DNA from: Phormidium sp.
GTDB taxonomy: Bacteria; Cyanobacteriota; Cyanobacteriia; Cyanobacteriales; Aerosakkonemataceae
NCBI GenBank assembly: GCA_051013385.1
Contig: CP143273.1
Span: 1,984,001 to 2,048,000, forward strand
Length of the DNA: 64,000 nt
Direction: 5' to 3'
Of the stretch, positions 23,469-33,720 are shown one piece after another. The position numbers were made by a program, and so were the translations under genes. The first letter of the stretch is position 1; each line of letters starts with the position of its first letter. The notes below the pieces were generated by a model that ran no database searches, had not been told where the DNA came from, and saw only the letters and a program-made list of their open reading frames with translations.

Positions 23469-24392
23469 ATGTTACTTCATCAAAGTTCGGGAAAATGGCG
23501 TTTAGGTTTAGCGCTATCACTGTTAACAGTCTTGTTATGGGGTATTCTACCAATAGCCCTTAAAGTAACGCTTCAAGGATTAGATCCCTACACCGTTACT
23601 TGGTTTAGATTTTTAATGTCTTTTGGGTTACTGGGTGTCTATTTAGCTACCAGAAAACAACTACCTTCAGGAGAAAAATTACGTTCTCTTCCCTTAACTT
23701 TGTTAGGAGTTGCGAGCATATTTTTAGCCCTTAATTATATCCTTTATTTATTGGGTTTAGCCTATACAACTCCCGCAAATGCCCAAGTTTTAATTCAACT
23801 TGCTCCCGTGTTAATGGGATTAGGAGGAATCTACATTTTTAAAGAACGTTATACCCTGATACAATGGACAGGTTTAGGAATATTAACGTTAGGATTTGCC
23901 CTGTTTTTTAATGAACAATTAAAAACCTTGATTACTGCTCAAGGGAAATACTTGTTTGGTTCAGCTTTAATCATAATAGCTGGTATAGTTTGGGCAATTT
24001 ACGGGTTAGCACAAAAGCAACTTTTGCAACAATTAACTTCCGCCAATGTCATGTTATTAATTTATGGCATTTGTGCGGTTTTATTTGCTCCTTTTGCTCA
24101 ACCCCAAGATATACTTAAGTTAACTCCTTTGCAGTTTTCTATGCTAATTTTTTGTGGGTTGAATACCATTATTGCTTATGGTGCTTTCGCTGAATCTTTG
24201 GAACATTGGGAAGCGTCAAGAGTTAGTGCTATATTATCTGCTACTCCTATTGTTACTTTAATATCCGTTTGGATGGTAGCATTATTATTTCCCAGTTGGA
24301 TTGTGACAAATAACCTGACAGTTTTAGGAGTTTTGGGAGCACTTTTAGTTGTATTTGGTTCAATGACTATTGCTTTGGGGAAAAAACATTAA
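23469..24392 (+). CDS. DMT/EamA family transporter
   Basis: About 10 TM helices, two EamA repeats (LLWG...ALK; IVWAIYGLAQK). Confidence 0.9.
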   Translation: MLLHQSSGKWRLGLALSLLTVLLWGILPIALKVTLQGLDPYTVTWFRFLMSFGLLGVYLATRKQLPSGEKLRSLPLTLLGVASIFLALNYILYLLGLAYTTPANAQVLIQLAPVLMGLGGIYIFKERYTLIQWTGLGILTLGFALFFNEQLKTLITAQGKYLFGSALIIIAGIVWAIYGLAQKQLLQQLTSANVMLLIYGICAVLFAPFAQPQDILKLTPLQFSMLIFCGLNTIIAYGAFAESLEHWEASRVSAILSATPIVTLISVWMVALLFPSWIVTNNLTVLGVLGALLVVFGSMTIALGKKH

Positions 24393-24399
24393 TTTCTGA

Positions 24400-24861
24400 G
24401 GCTAAAAACCCGGTTTCTGGTATTGCTGAGTTGCCTTAATAAATTTGCTCCGAGAAACCGGGTTTTTGAATAACGGCTAAAAACCCGGTTTCTGGTATTG
24501 GTAAGTTGCAGTTAATCATCAATTTGCTCCGAGAAACCGGGTTTTTGAATAACGGCTAAAAACCCGGTTTCTGGTATTGCTGAGTTGCAGTTAATCATCA
24601 ATTTGCTCCGAGAAACCGGGTTTTTGAATAACGGCTAAAAACCCGGTTTCTGGTATTGGTGAGTTGCAGTTAATCATAAATTTGCTCCGAGAAACCGGGT
24701 TTTTGAATAACGGCTAAAAACCCGGTTTCTGGTATTGGTGAGTTGCCTTAATAAATTTGCTCCGAGAAACCGGGTTTTTGAATAACGACTAAAAACCCGG
24801 TTTCTGGTATTGGTGAGTTGCAGTTAATAAATTTGCTCAGAGAAACCGGGTTTTTGAATAA
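24400..24861. repeat. Tandem array of six 75-79 bp hairpin units
   Basis: Units start 24400, 24475, 24554, 24633, 24712, 24787; each has AAAAACCCGGTTTCT...AGAAACCGGGTTTTT arms and near-identical loops. Confidence 0.95.
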
Positions 24862-24875
24862 GTAGTGTTGTAGTT

Positions 24876-24942
24876 GTAGGGTGCGTCAGATAGCATAATT
24901 TTAGGCAACTAATGATAATCTTAAGGTTGTGAGGCACCCTAC
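24876..24942. repeat. GTAG-type REP inverted pair
   Basis: GTAGGGTGCGTCAGA...TGTGAGGCACCCTAC; better-preserved copy at 55097-55161. Confidence 0.75.
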
Positions 24943-24983
24943 TTAATCTGAATTCAAAAGACAATGTAGAGATTTTTTATACA

Positions 24984-25025
24984 ACCAAATGTAGAGACGT
25001 TGTATAGAACGTCTCTACATTTGGT
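24984..25025. repeat. GTAG-type REP palindrome
   Basis: ACCAAATGTAGAGACGTT-GTATAG-AACGTCTCTACATTTGGT; copy at 55769-55796. Confidence 0.85.
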
Positions 25026-25257
25026 AAAAATTAAGAGTATTTACTGAAGCGAGAAAAAGACAATCGGTTTTATATTTTAACAAATTTTTTGATAATTGTG
25101 TAAAGCTAATTTGCAGCTTTGTTTAAAATCACAGAAGTCTCGACGTTTGGAAAATTGTTAGTCACTATAGAAGTAGGTAAAGAGCATCGTTGTGCTTGTT
25201 TTGGACGATAAACCGCTAAGTTATTGCAGAATTTATCTTTGTAAAACCTCCTAAATT

Positions 25258-26955
25258 ATGCGTCAATTAACTTCTTCAATCCACAAATCTTTTAACTGGG
25301 TAGGAATTTTGCTAGGAATTTCTCTGCTAACAACTATGGGATCTACTTTTCCTGGACGATCGGCAGAGAGAGTCCAAGTGTCTTTAGATATCTTAAATCG
25401 GACAATTTCTGTAGATTCTTTGGAAGCTTACGCTAAAAGAGGGGTAGTTAACCAAGATTTAGCACCTTACGTTCGATATGTTAATCCCCAAAAACAAACG
25501 CTGTTACGTCAGATTTTACTCAAACGTTTAGAAGTTAGACCGATCGCAGTTTCCCAATTCTTCAACACACCACAAGCTGAAATTTTACTGCGAAGATTAG
25601 GACAAGTTATTCAGACGGAATCAGGACAATATGGTTCCCAAGCAATTCAACAAGCGTTAACTTCCGCCGCTAACGATCCAGAGGGAATTACTTTACTAAA
25701 TGTTTTACGCAAATTTCCTGCTTCTGGAGTCCGAATTGATTTAGCAAAAGGTTTACAATTAGCTGATGATTTATCCAAAGTAATCGAGCAAACTAATAAA
25801 GCAATTGCAGCTGTCAATCAACAAGCAACTACTTTAGCAACAAATCAAACTCCTGCACAAATAGCTGCATTACCAAACTTACGCCAACCGGGATCTTTCA
25901 CTTTTAACAAGCAAACAATACAATTACGAGATCTGCGTCGCAACCGCAGTTTTCAAGCAGATATTTACTTACCAATTCTTGATAATACTAGCCAGCAACC
26001 AACACCAGCACCAGTAATTGTAATTTCTCATGGTGTAGGTTCAGATAGAGAAACCTTTGCTTATTTAGCTCAACATTTAGCTTCTTTCGGATTAGCGGTT
26101 GCTGTGTTGGAACATCCCGGTAGTAATGCACAGCAATTACAAAATTTATTTGAGGGTAGAGCGGAAGAGGTCGCGCAACCTTACGAATTTATTAATCGAC
26201 CTTTAGATGTCAAGTTTCTCCTCGATGAATTAGAAAGACTTTCCCAAACCGATATTCTGTATCAAGGTCGTTTAAATACTCAACAAGTGGGAGTAATTGG
26301 TCAATCTTTTGGTGCTTACACTGCATTGGCTTTGGCGGGTGCAGATATCAATTTTAACAGTTTGAAACAGGATTGTGCTGCTATTAATAATTCTTGGAAT
26401 TTATCACTTTTACTGCAATGCCGCGCTTTAGTTTTACCAAATTATAACTATAATTTGCAAGATTATAGAGTCAAAGCGGTAATTGCTATTAACCCAATTG
26501 GTAGTAGCGTTTTTGGCAAAGATGGACTGAACAATATTAATATTCCGGTTGCCTTAGTTGCGGGTACTGCTGATACAGTTGCACCCGCCTTACCAGAACA
26601 AATTAAGCCTTTTACCTGGCTAAATAACCCCAATCGATATTTGTTAATCATGAATAACGGTACACACTTTTCTACTTTAGCTGAGTCTCAATCTAGTGTA
26701 CCTTTGCCGTCACCAGTAATCGGCCCAAATCCAACCTTGGCGCGTGATTACATGAAAGTTTTGAGTGTGGCTTTCTTTGAATTCTATGTTGCTAATCAGC
26801 CAGAATATCAAGCTTATTTGACTCCATCCTACATTAGATATTTGAGTCAAGAGCCTTTGCCGCTAAGTTTGGTGCGATCGCTCTCCGAAGCTGAGTTACA
26901 ATTAGCATTGGAGCGTCCATCTCCAGAGCTAATCATCTCACCTAATCGTAACTAA
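25258..26955 (+). CDS. DUF1400 + alpha/beta hydrolase
   Basis: AERVQVS N-terminal domain after signal peptide; ISHGVGS, GQSFG nucleophile elbow, GTHFS. Confidence 0.88.
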   Translation: MRQLTSSIHKSFNWVGILLGISLLTTMGSTFPGRSAERVQVSLDILNRTISVDSLEAYAKRGVVNQDLAPYVRYVNPQKQTLLRQILLKRLEVRPIAVSQFFNTPQAEILLRRLGQVIQTESGQYGSQAIQQALTSAANDPEGITLLNVLRKFPASGVRIDLAKGLQLADDLSKVIEQTNKAIAAVNQQATTLATNQTPAQIAALPNLRQPGSFTFNKQTIQLRDLRRNRSFQADIYLPILDNTSQQPTPAPVIVISHGVGSDRETFAYLAQHLASFGLAVAVLEHPGSNAQQLQNLFEGRAEEVAQPYEFINRPLDVKFLLDELERLSQTDILYQGRLNTQQVGVIGQSFGAYTALALAGADINFNSLKQDCAAINNSWNLSLLLQCRALVLPNYNYNLQDYRVKAVIAINPIGSSVFGKDGLNNINIPVALVAGTADTVAPALPEQIKPFTWLNNPNRYLLIMNNGTHFSTLAESQSSVPLPSPVIGPNPTLARDYMKVLSVAFFEFYVANQPEYQAYLTPSYIRYLSQEPLPLSLVRSLSEAELQLALERPSPELIISPNRN

Positions 26956-26982
26956 AAATCACCAATTATTCATTACTAAATC

Positions 26983-27882
26983 GTGCAAGGTTTCCTCAAC
27001 TTAAACAAACCATTCGGTATTACTTCTCACGACTGCGTAGCTAAAGTACGCCGTCTATTACATCAAAAAAAAGTCGGACATGGCGGCACATTAGACCCCG
27101 CAGCAACAGGCGTTTTACCCATTGCCTTGGGTAAAGCAACTCGCCTGTTACAATACCTGCGGGAAGATAAGGCGTATCGCGCCACAATTAAACTAGGAGT
27201 AACTACCACTACAGACGATTTGCAAGGAGAAGTAATTGCTCAAAATTCAGCAAATCAATTAACTTTAGAACAGGTGAAATTAGCCTTAGAAAAATTTCAG
27301 GGAAATATTCAACAAATCCCACCTAATTATAGTGCAATTCAAGTTCAAGGTAAACGTTTATATGACTTAGCTCGTGCGGGAGAAAAGATTACAGTTGCCC
27401 CTAGACCTGTGCAAATTCATCAAATAGAAATTTTGGATTGGCGTGCAGGAGAATTCCCGGAATTAGACCTAGAAATTGCTTGTGGGCCTGGTACTTATAT
27501 TAGAGCGATCGCACGCGATTTAGGCATAGCTTTACAAACTGGCGGAACTCTCGCCGCCTTAACTCGCACCGCCAGTTGTGGCTTACAATTCACCGAAAGT
27601 TTGACTTTTACAGAGTTAGAAACTCAATTAGAACAAGGAACATTTAACCCTATTTCTCCAGAAACAGCTTTAAGTCATTTAGAAGTAGTTAACCTAGCCG
27701 AATCAGATGGGCGTCGCTGGTGTCAAGGACAACGCCTATCTCTACCGGAAAATTACCCAAAATATTCTTTCGGCAAAAAGCGCGTCCAACAGGAAACCGG
27801 GCAATTTCTAGGAATTGGGGAAATAGTAAACTCAGATACAACACAGATAATAATTCCCCAACTTGTATTTGAACCAATGTGA
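26983..27882 (+). CDS. truB: tRNA pseudouridine(55) synthase
   Basis: GHGGTLDPAATGVL, PPNYSA and GTYIR motifs. Confidence 0.97.
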   Translation: MQGFLNLNKPFGITSHDCVAKVRRLLHQKKVGHGGTLDPAATGVLPIALGKATRLLQYLREDKAYRATIKLGVTTTTDDLQGEVIAQNSANQLTLEQVKLALEKFQGNIQQIPPNYSAIQVQGKRLYDLARAGEKITVAPRPVQIHQIEILDWRAGEFPELDLEIACGPGTYIRAIARDLGIALQTGGTLAALTRTASCGLQFTESLTFTELETQLEQGTFNPISPETALSHLEVVNLAESDGRRWCQGQRLSLPENYPKYSFGKKRVQQETGQFLGIGEIVNSDTTQIIIPQLVFEPM

Positions 27883-28021
27883 GAAGTGAAAAACGAAGTT
27901 TAGCAAGATTTTATTTGGATTCAATCATCAAGTTAACTTAACATTGCCAAATTTTTGAGCAAAACAATGCTGAACTTGCTATCTTGGAAATATACAAAAA
28001 ACAATTACCAAAGGTATAAAA

Positions 28022-28603
28022 ATGAGTAGGGAAGAGGCAAGAGGAATTATCAATGAATTAAAAACACAGGTGTTCATATTGGGTGGAACGATCGCCCTAA
28101 TGTGGGTTCTAGAATTTTTCGACCTAATCGTTTTCCAAGGTAGACTGGACTACTTTGGGATCGTTCCCGGTTCAGTTATTGGACTGCGTGGCATATTATT
28201 CGCACCGTTTTTACATGGAAACTTTGTACACCTAGCAGCCAACACTATACCCTTTGTAACTCTTGGCTGGTTAATCATGTTACGAGAAACCAGCGATTTT
28301 TTCATTGTCAGTGCCATTTCAATGATAGTTAGTGGTCTAGGAGTTTGGCTATTTGCACCTCCTAATAGTATTCATATTGGTGCTAGTGGAGTTGTGTTTG
28401 GCTATCTGGGTTATTTACTATTTCGGGGCTATTTTCAACGTAGTCCAGGAGCGATTGTTTTATCATTATTCGTAGGCTCGCTTTACGGTAGTATGATTTG
28501 GGGTATTCTTCCGACACAAATTGGCATTTCTTGGCAAGGACATTTGTTTGGCTTTATCGGTGGTGCGATCGCAGCGCGTTTACTTACCCGCAAAAAGTAC
28601 TAA
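28022..28603 (+). CDS. Rhomboid intramembrane serine protease
   Basis: FLHGNFVHLAAN, GASG catalytic Ser, GHLFG catalytic His. Confidence 0.93.
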   Translation: MSREEARGIINELKTQVFILGGTIALMWVLEFFDLIVFQGRLDYFGIVPGSVIGLRGILFAPFLHGNFVHLAANTIPFVTLGWLIMLRETSDFFIVSAISMIVSGLGVWLFAPPNSIHIGASGVVFGYLGYLLFRGYFQRSPGAIVLSLFVGSLYGSMIWGILPTQIGISWQGHLFGFIGGAIAARLLTRKKY

Positions 28604-28688
28604 AATTATTGCTAAAAAGCGCTGTAACTGTTACCACAATTCTCAATCACCCTATCAGATAACTGAAAAACACCAAATATATAGGTAG

Positions 28689-28717
28689 TTGACGAGAGTA
28701 GCTAACTTAGGGATACT
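28689..28717 (+). promoter_or_regulatory. Putative sigma70-type promoter
   Basis: TTGACG-N17-GATACT upstream of GAGGAG RBS and ATG 28782. Confidence 0.4.
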
Positions 28718-28781
28718 GATGGTCTATCGGGGCGCAGATACAAAAGCTACCTAAGTCCCCTACAGTGAGGAGTTTAACCTG

Positions 28782-29174
28782 ATGACCAATCTGTGTCAAA
28801 AAGTCGCTTTAGCCAGTGCTGCTACTGTTGCAGTTGCCGCTACTATAATCATGGCTGAGTCTGCCTCGGCTCAAAGCGTTGCTATTTGCCAGAGCGTTAA
28901 TTTTGAAACCATAAGATGTTCAATTAACACCCGACGTGGTGTATTTCTCGAAAGACAATTATCTCGCGCCGCTTGCATAGAGGGTGTTAATTGGACTTAC
29001 GGTAGAGGTTTTGTTTGGGTAAGAAACGGATGTCGCGCTGAATTTCGCTCAGGCGATGTCAGCGATAACTGGAAAGCTCCCGACGAAGAAATATGTTGTA
29101 TCCAAGAGTGTTACCAACCACCAAGACGCAGACAGCGTGTTCGTCGCCCCAGAAGAATTCCGCGTTGCCCATAA
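28782..29174 (+). CDS. Secreted DUF3011-like protein
   Basis: Signal peptide (ASA-Q); C..RC...LERQLSRAACIEG.NW...VWVRNGCRAEF pattern. Confidence 0.75.
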   Translation: MTNLCQKVALASAATVAVAATIIMAESASAQSVAICQSVNFETIRCSINTRRGVFLERQLSRAACIEGVNWTYGRGFVWVRNGCRAEFRSGDVSDNWKAPDEEICCIQECYQPPRRRQRVRRPRRIPRCP

Positions 29175-29268
29175 TAGGGGGCAGGGGGAAAGTTTTGAGT
29201 TTTGAATGAGAGAGTTTTGAGTTAACTGAGATAAGAGCACCATTCTCAACAAGACTTGAAAAACCGGG

Positions 29269-29880
29269 TTATGAACGAAAAATCTGGGCTTTCAGATGCG
29301 AAGGTGAAATATCTCGGTCAAAAACAACTATATTTGCTCCTATTTGATGAGCGCGAAAAGCAATTTCTTCAACTTTACCTTGACCGACTACAGTTTGAGG
29401 ATGGGGACGACTGCGCTTTTGAGTGATTGTGTCTAATACTTCCCCACCAGCACTTTCAACTAACCGCACCAGTTCTGCGAGTCCATCTTGAAAACGCTGC
29501 TCTGAAACATCTTCTGTAATTAATCCTACTAGCAAAACTCTGTCTTGGTCAGATACAATATCTTGCGAAGGAAACGTTTCATAACCTGCTTCTTCAAACT
29601 CACTTTCCCATTCATCAACTAATTCATCAAAATCCATCTCGGTAAGGTCATCCAAACTGAGAGGCGGAGAAACTATCCAAGGTTTTTCTTCACCAGGTAC
29701 GGGATGAGCTAAATAAGCTTCTTTAACATTCTCTGAATGTCCATTTTTATTGGGTGCGACAGTCAAAACTACCAAAGCATCTAAGCGCTGTCTTGTCATA
29801 GCAATTAAGGTTGCTTCGTCAGGTATTCCTGGTTTAAGCTGAGTAGCAACGCAATGAATTCCACTAAAATTTCCAAATGC
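29269..29880 (-). pseudogene. hflX: Internal fragment of cyanobacterial HflX GTPase
   Basis: SGIHCVATQLK...RLDALVVL...AELVRLVESAGGEV...PHPQTVVGQGKVEEI...VVFDRDISPS then stop; in-frame stop at 29881 upstream; no G1-G4 motifs. Confidence 0.8.
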
Positions 29881-29969
29881 TTACTACATAAGCTTTCCCC
29901 CTTCCCCCTTACCCCTTCCCCCTGCCAAAAAACAGGGTTTTCCACCACAAGTACGGGAGAGCCTATTTC

Positions 29970-30047
29970 AGTCCTCTTTAGAGGACTTTCGCTATGAGCC
30001 TGGGACTTGAGTCCCAGGCGGATTTAGGAACTGGTGCAAGATCTGAG
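29970..30047. repeat. Double-hairpin dispersed repeat plus GGTGCAAGATCTGAG end
   Basis: AGTCCTC-TTTA-GAGGACT (29970-29987), GCCTGGGACT-TG-AGTCCCAGGC (29998-30019). Confidence 0.7.
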
Positions 30048-30048
30048 C

Positions 30049-30678
30049 TTATCCCTTACCTTTGACTTCTCTGGGATGGTGAGGACGACAGGGACTACCC
30101 CAACAAACTTGTCCGGCTGGCAAACTGCGAAAAACGCTGCTGCGTGCGCCCACTATAGTATTTGCGCCAATTTCTACACCTGGGCCAACAAAGGAGTCAG
30201 TTGCTACCCAAACGCCGTTACCGATCGCAATCGGCGCAGTAATTAAACTAAAAGTGGGGTCTTCAAAGTTGTGATTTCCGGTGCAAAGGTAGCATTCTTG
30301 GGAAATAACGCTGTGACGACCGATGCGAATGTAATCCAAACTGTACAAAACTACGTCATCACCAATCCAGCTGTAGTCGCCTATTTCTACTTTCCAAGGG
30401 TAAGTGAAACGGGCGGTGGGTCGAATGACGACACCTTTGCCGATTTTTGCCCCAAATAAACGCAATAAGGCGATTCTGGGTGCGTGGAGTTGGTGGGGAG
30501 TGAGGGGAAATGCGATCGCTTGCACCAACCACCAAAGTAAAATTATCCAATTAGAACGACCGCGATCGAAATTTGATTGATCGTACTTTCGTAAATCCAT
30601 CCAAGGTTCTGCATCCATTAAAGGGTCTTTTTTGGATGCAGAATTTGGATCGGCTGGTTCAGGAACCAACTGAGTCAT
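30049..30678 (-). CDS. hpsU: WcaF-like exopolysaccharide O-acetyltransferase (HpsU-like)
   Basis: DLRKYDQS.FDRGR...LLRLFGAKIGKGVVIRP...PWK; hexapeptide repeats; CTGNH. Confidence 0.75.
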   Translation of the reverse strand: MTQLVPEPADPNSASKKDPLMDAEPWMDLRKYDQSNFDRGRSNWIILLWWLVQAIAFPLTPHQLHAPRIALLRLFGAKIGKGVVIRPTARFTYPWKVEIGDYSWIGDDVVLYSLDYIRIGRHSVISQECYLCTGNHNFEDPTFSLITAPIAIGNGVWVATDSFVGPGVEIGANTIVGARSSVFRSLPAGQVCWGSPCRPHHPREVKGKG

Positions 30679-31642
30679 AAGCTGTAGAATCGCTAGTGGT
30701 AGGAGAATCGGCTATAGGTGTGACAGTTTTTGCGGGAGTAACTGGTTGTGGTGCGTTGTTTAACTGACCACCAAAACGACGTAATTCGTAGAGTTTTACC
30801 CCAATTTGAAATTCGTATTGGCTCAAAAGTCTAGCATAAGTATATCCGGCTCTCCCATCTAAAAAGCCTAATTGAAAAACATAACTGAGCAAAAAGCGCA
30901 GAGTGGGTTTAAAAGGTAAGCGTACCCAAACTTTCTTTAAAAAACGTTTGCGTTGGACGGCATCTCCCAAAATATTAGCGCCGATCGTACCATCATCGCC
31001 TCTACCAGTTAACAAGTTCAAATAAACACGGGCTTCCCAATTAGAATAGCGATTGTGTCGCTCTAACCAGTGATAAATATCCCGAAAGTCTATGTGCAGC
31101 ATATCATTTTTGAGATAGCCAACTTTGCCTTCTAAAACTACGTGCTCATGAACTTCGTTATCTCCCGTATTGCGAATTTCTTCTGTTCCTAAGTTTTCAT
31201 AACGTCCTTTTTGGTGACGCAATAGGCGTAAATTCCAATCGGGATATCTCCCACCATGCTGAATCCAAGTTCCCAGGAAAAACACTTTCCGATTTAAGTA
31301 ATAGCCGTTGTAATCTGGGTTTTCAATGGCAGCAGCAATTTCTGCCCACAATTCTGGGGTGATGCGTTCGTCACAATCGACTATTAACACCCATTCATTG
31401 CGGAAGGGCAAATTTTCTAATGACCAGTTTTTCTTTTTCGGCCAACGACCGTTAAAGTAAAACTGAACTACATTTGCTCCGTATTTTTGGGAAATTTCTA
31501 TCGAGCGATCGCTACTTTGCGAATCCACTACAAAAACTTCATCTGCCACTGCTACACTTTCTAAACAAGCTGGCAAGTTAGCTTCTTCGTTTTTGGCGGG
31601 AATCAACACGGAGACTGGGATTTTTTGGGCTGTGGCAGTCAT
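30659..31642 (-). CDS. Glycosyltransferase family 2
   Basis: VSVLIPAKNEE, VDSQSSD, DCDE (DxD) and VHEH motifs. Confidence 0.92.
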   Translation of the reverse strand: MTATAQKIPVSVLIPAKNEEANLPACLESVAVADEVFVVDSQSSDRSIEISQKYGANVVQFYFNGRWPKKKNWSLENLPFRNEWVLIVDCDERITPELWAEIAAAIENPDYNGYYLNRKVFFLGTWIQHGGRYPDWNLRLLRHQKGRYENLGTEEIRNTGDNEVHEHVVLEGKVGYLKNDMLHIDFRDIYHWLERHNRYSNWEARVYLNLLTGRGDDGTIGANILGDAVQRKRFLKKVWVRLPFKPTLRFLLSYVFQLGFLDGRAGYTYARLLSQYEFQIGVKLYELRRFGGQLNNAPQPVTPAKTVTPIADSPTTSDSTAYDSVGS

Positions 31643-31722
31643 GATTAGTGGTGCTTAATTTAGCAATAAACTTCAAGATAGTCGGCGAGCGAGCCAATGA
31701 GGAACTAACTCATCGCCTGTTC

Positions 31723-32640
31723 TTATTTTTCCCGTTTGGCGGCAGAAAATAACCCCATGATTACGGCACTTAAATATCCTATTTGACCGTAGCTATAGAC
31801 TAAATTTTCAAACCTTCGGTCGGGATGGCGAAAATATTTCATACTTTTATAAACACCATACATTAAACGTTCGCCGCCTCGCCCTATTTGTTTGACTCCG
31901 GCTTTCCCGATTAGTTGTTCGCGGTAATATTCGCTGATGCCTTGCCACCAACCCCGACTTAAAAACCATTGGGGGTTAACTCGTTCTGGGGAAACGTTAT
32001 GCTGGACTAAAGCTTCCGGGATATAGGCGACTTGCCAACCTCGGTTTAAAGCTTGTTCTGTCATTAGTAGTTCTTCGTTGGATAGTAATTTTTTCCCGAC
32101 TCGACCCAGGTTAATGTCGAAACCACCGATTTCTTCTAAGAACTTGCGTCGAATAGAATAGTTTAACCCTCTGGGAGTTAAGCCTGGGCGATCGATATAA
32201 ACTATTTTGTCACCCAGATTGTATGCACCCAAATTTCCCGCTAAGTCATCGGAAAGCCAAGCTGGGGATTTAATTCCCTCCGGCCAAATTAAGGTAACTT
32301 TACCACCTGCGATCGCTAGTTTGTCGTTGCTTTGATAAGCTGCATACAGTACAGTTAACCAACTGGGGCTAGCTACGGCATCATCATCAAGATAGGCGAG
32401 AATCTGACTTGCTGCTGATGTAGCGCCAGTGTTGCGAGCTACTGATAATCCCGTGATTGGTTCATAAATGTATTTCACGCTAGGGCGTGCTTGAACTATT
32501 TCACGAGTGCGATCGCTTGAAGCGTTGTCTACAACAATTATTTCATAATCAGGAAAATCTTGTGCTAGCAAACTATCAATAGCTGCACCTAGATATTTCT
32601 CTCGATTATGTGTACAGATAATTGCAGAAATTTTCGGCAT
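31723..32640 (-). CDS. Glycosyltransferase family 2
   Basis: IICTHNR, VVDNAS, GLSVARN and YLDDD motifs. Confidence 0.92.
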   Translation of the reverse strand: MPKISAIICTHNREKYLGAAIDSLLAQDFPDYEIIVVDNASSDRTREIVQARPSVKYIYEPITGLSVARNTGATSAASQILAYLDDDAVASPSWLTVLYAAYQSNDKLAIAGGKVTLIWPEGIKSPAWLSDDLAGNLGAYNLGDKIVYIDRPGLTPRGLNYSIRRKFLEEIGGFDINLGRVGKKLLSNEELLMTEQALNRGWQVAYIPEALVQHNVSPERVNPQWFLSRGWWQGISEYYREQLIGKAGVKQIGRGGERLMYGVYKSMKYFRHPDRRFENLVYSYGQIGYLSAVIMGLFSAAKREK

Positions 32641-32905
32641 AAACTTCCGCCTTAGTGTTTAATAGCTTATCACTTGTTTATGAAAAGCTAAATTGAGCAC
32701 AAAAAGTTTTCCTTATTACTTTTTGGCAATGAACAAAAAAAATTAACATTGCACTTTTCTCATGTTACCAAATAAAAGTCTTTATAGATATCCGTAAAAT
32801 CTTTGACACTTGTCCCGTTATTGAGTACCGTTAACTACGTAGCGAAAAAGGGAAGAAGCCTTTATTGATCGGATTGTTCGCAATTTTTTAAGCTTTTGCA
32901 TATTT

Positions 32906-33463
32906 ATGACTAAATTACCTAAAAAACGAGTAATCTTAGTAACTGGCCCTGCGCGATCGGGTAAAAGTGAATGGGCAGAATCATTGGCGCTACAATCGGG
33001 AAAATCTGTTATCTATGTAGCTACTGCTCAAAAAGATCCTGATGATGCTGAGTGGATAGAGAGAATTTCTCAACACGCTCAACGCCGTCCTTCTGTTTGG
33101 CAAACTTGGGAAGTACCTGTAAATTTAGCAGCAACTATTGGGTCAGCAAAAAGTAGTAATTGCTTATTGGTTGATTCTTTGGGAACATGGGTAGCTAATT
33201 TATTAGAATACGAGCAAACTCAATGGGAGAAAATCTTAAAAGAATTGTTAGAAATTGTTGAGAATTGTGATGGTGATGTAATATTTGTGGCAGAGGAAAC
33301 AGGCTGGGGTGTAGTTCCGGCATATCCAGCGGGTCGGCTATTCCGCGATCGCTTAGGGAGTTTGGTTCGTCAAATCGGAGCGATCGCTAATCCCACTTAC
33401 TTAGTCACAGCAGGTCATGTTTTAAACTTAAGTCAGCTTGGTAGCCCCCTAAACAACAAATAG
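32906..33463 (+). CDS. cobU: Adenosylcobinamide kinase/guanylyltransferase
   Basis: GPARSGKS P-loop, YVATA, EETGWGVVP, GRLFRD. Confidence 0.95.
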   Translation: MTKLPKKRVILVTGPARSGKSEWAESLALQSGKSVIYVATAQKDPDDAEWIERISQHAQRRPSVWQTWEVPVNLAATIGSAKSSNCLLVDSLGTWVANLLEYEQTQWEKILKELLEIVENCDGDVIFVAEETGWGVVPAYPAGRLFRDRLGSLVRQIGAIANPTYLVTAGHVLNLSQLGSPLNNK

Positions 33464-33720
33464 CAAATTGCTGTTACCGGATTAATCGCATTTTCCGAGT
33501 TTTAGACTAGAGAAATAAAGATTTTATTTCTCTTGAGAGAAGATATCTAAAGGTTATGATTGACTGGACAGAAAAATTTATTCCTTTTTATAGCTGAGTT
33601 ACTCCCCTGTTAGAGGGAAACAAAATTGGAAAAAAAAAACTAAGATGAAGACATAATTGTGAGAGATTCGAGATAATATCTATTGCTTCCTAGTTTTAAC
33701 CAGAGATTGAATTAAAAGTT

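Noticed and set aside
24400..24861. CRISPR array
   Set aside because: Intervening sequences are near-identical variants rather than unique spacers; no cas genes in the window
32641..32905. Cobalamin riboswitch upstream of cobU
   Set aside because: No recognisable B12 box or stem pattern in the AT-rich spacer; an Infernal/Rfam search would be needed to exclude it fully
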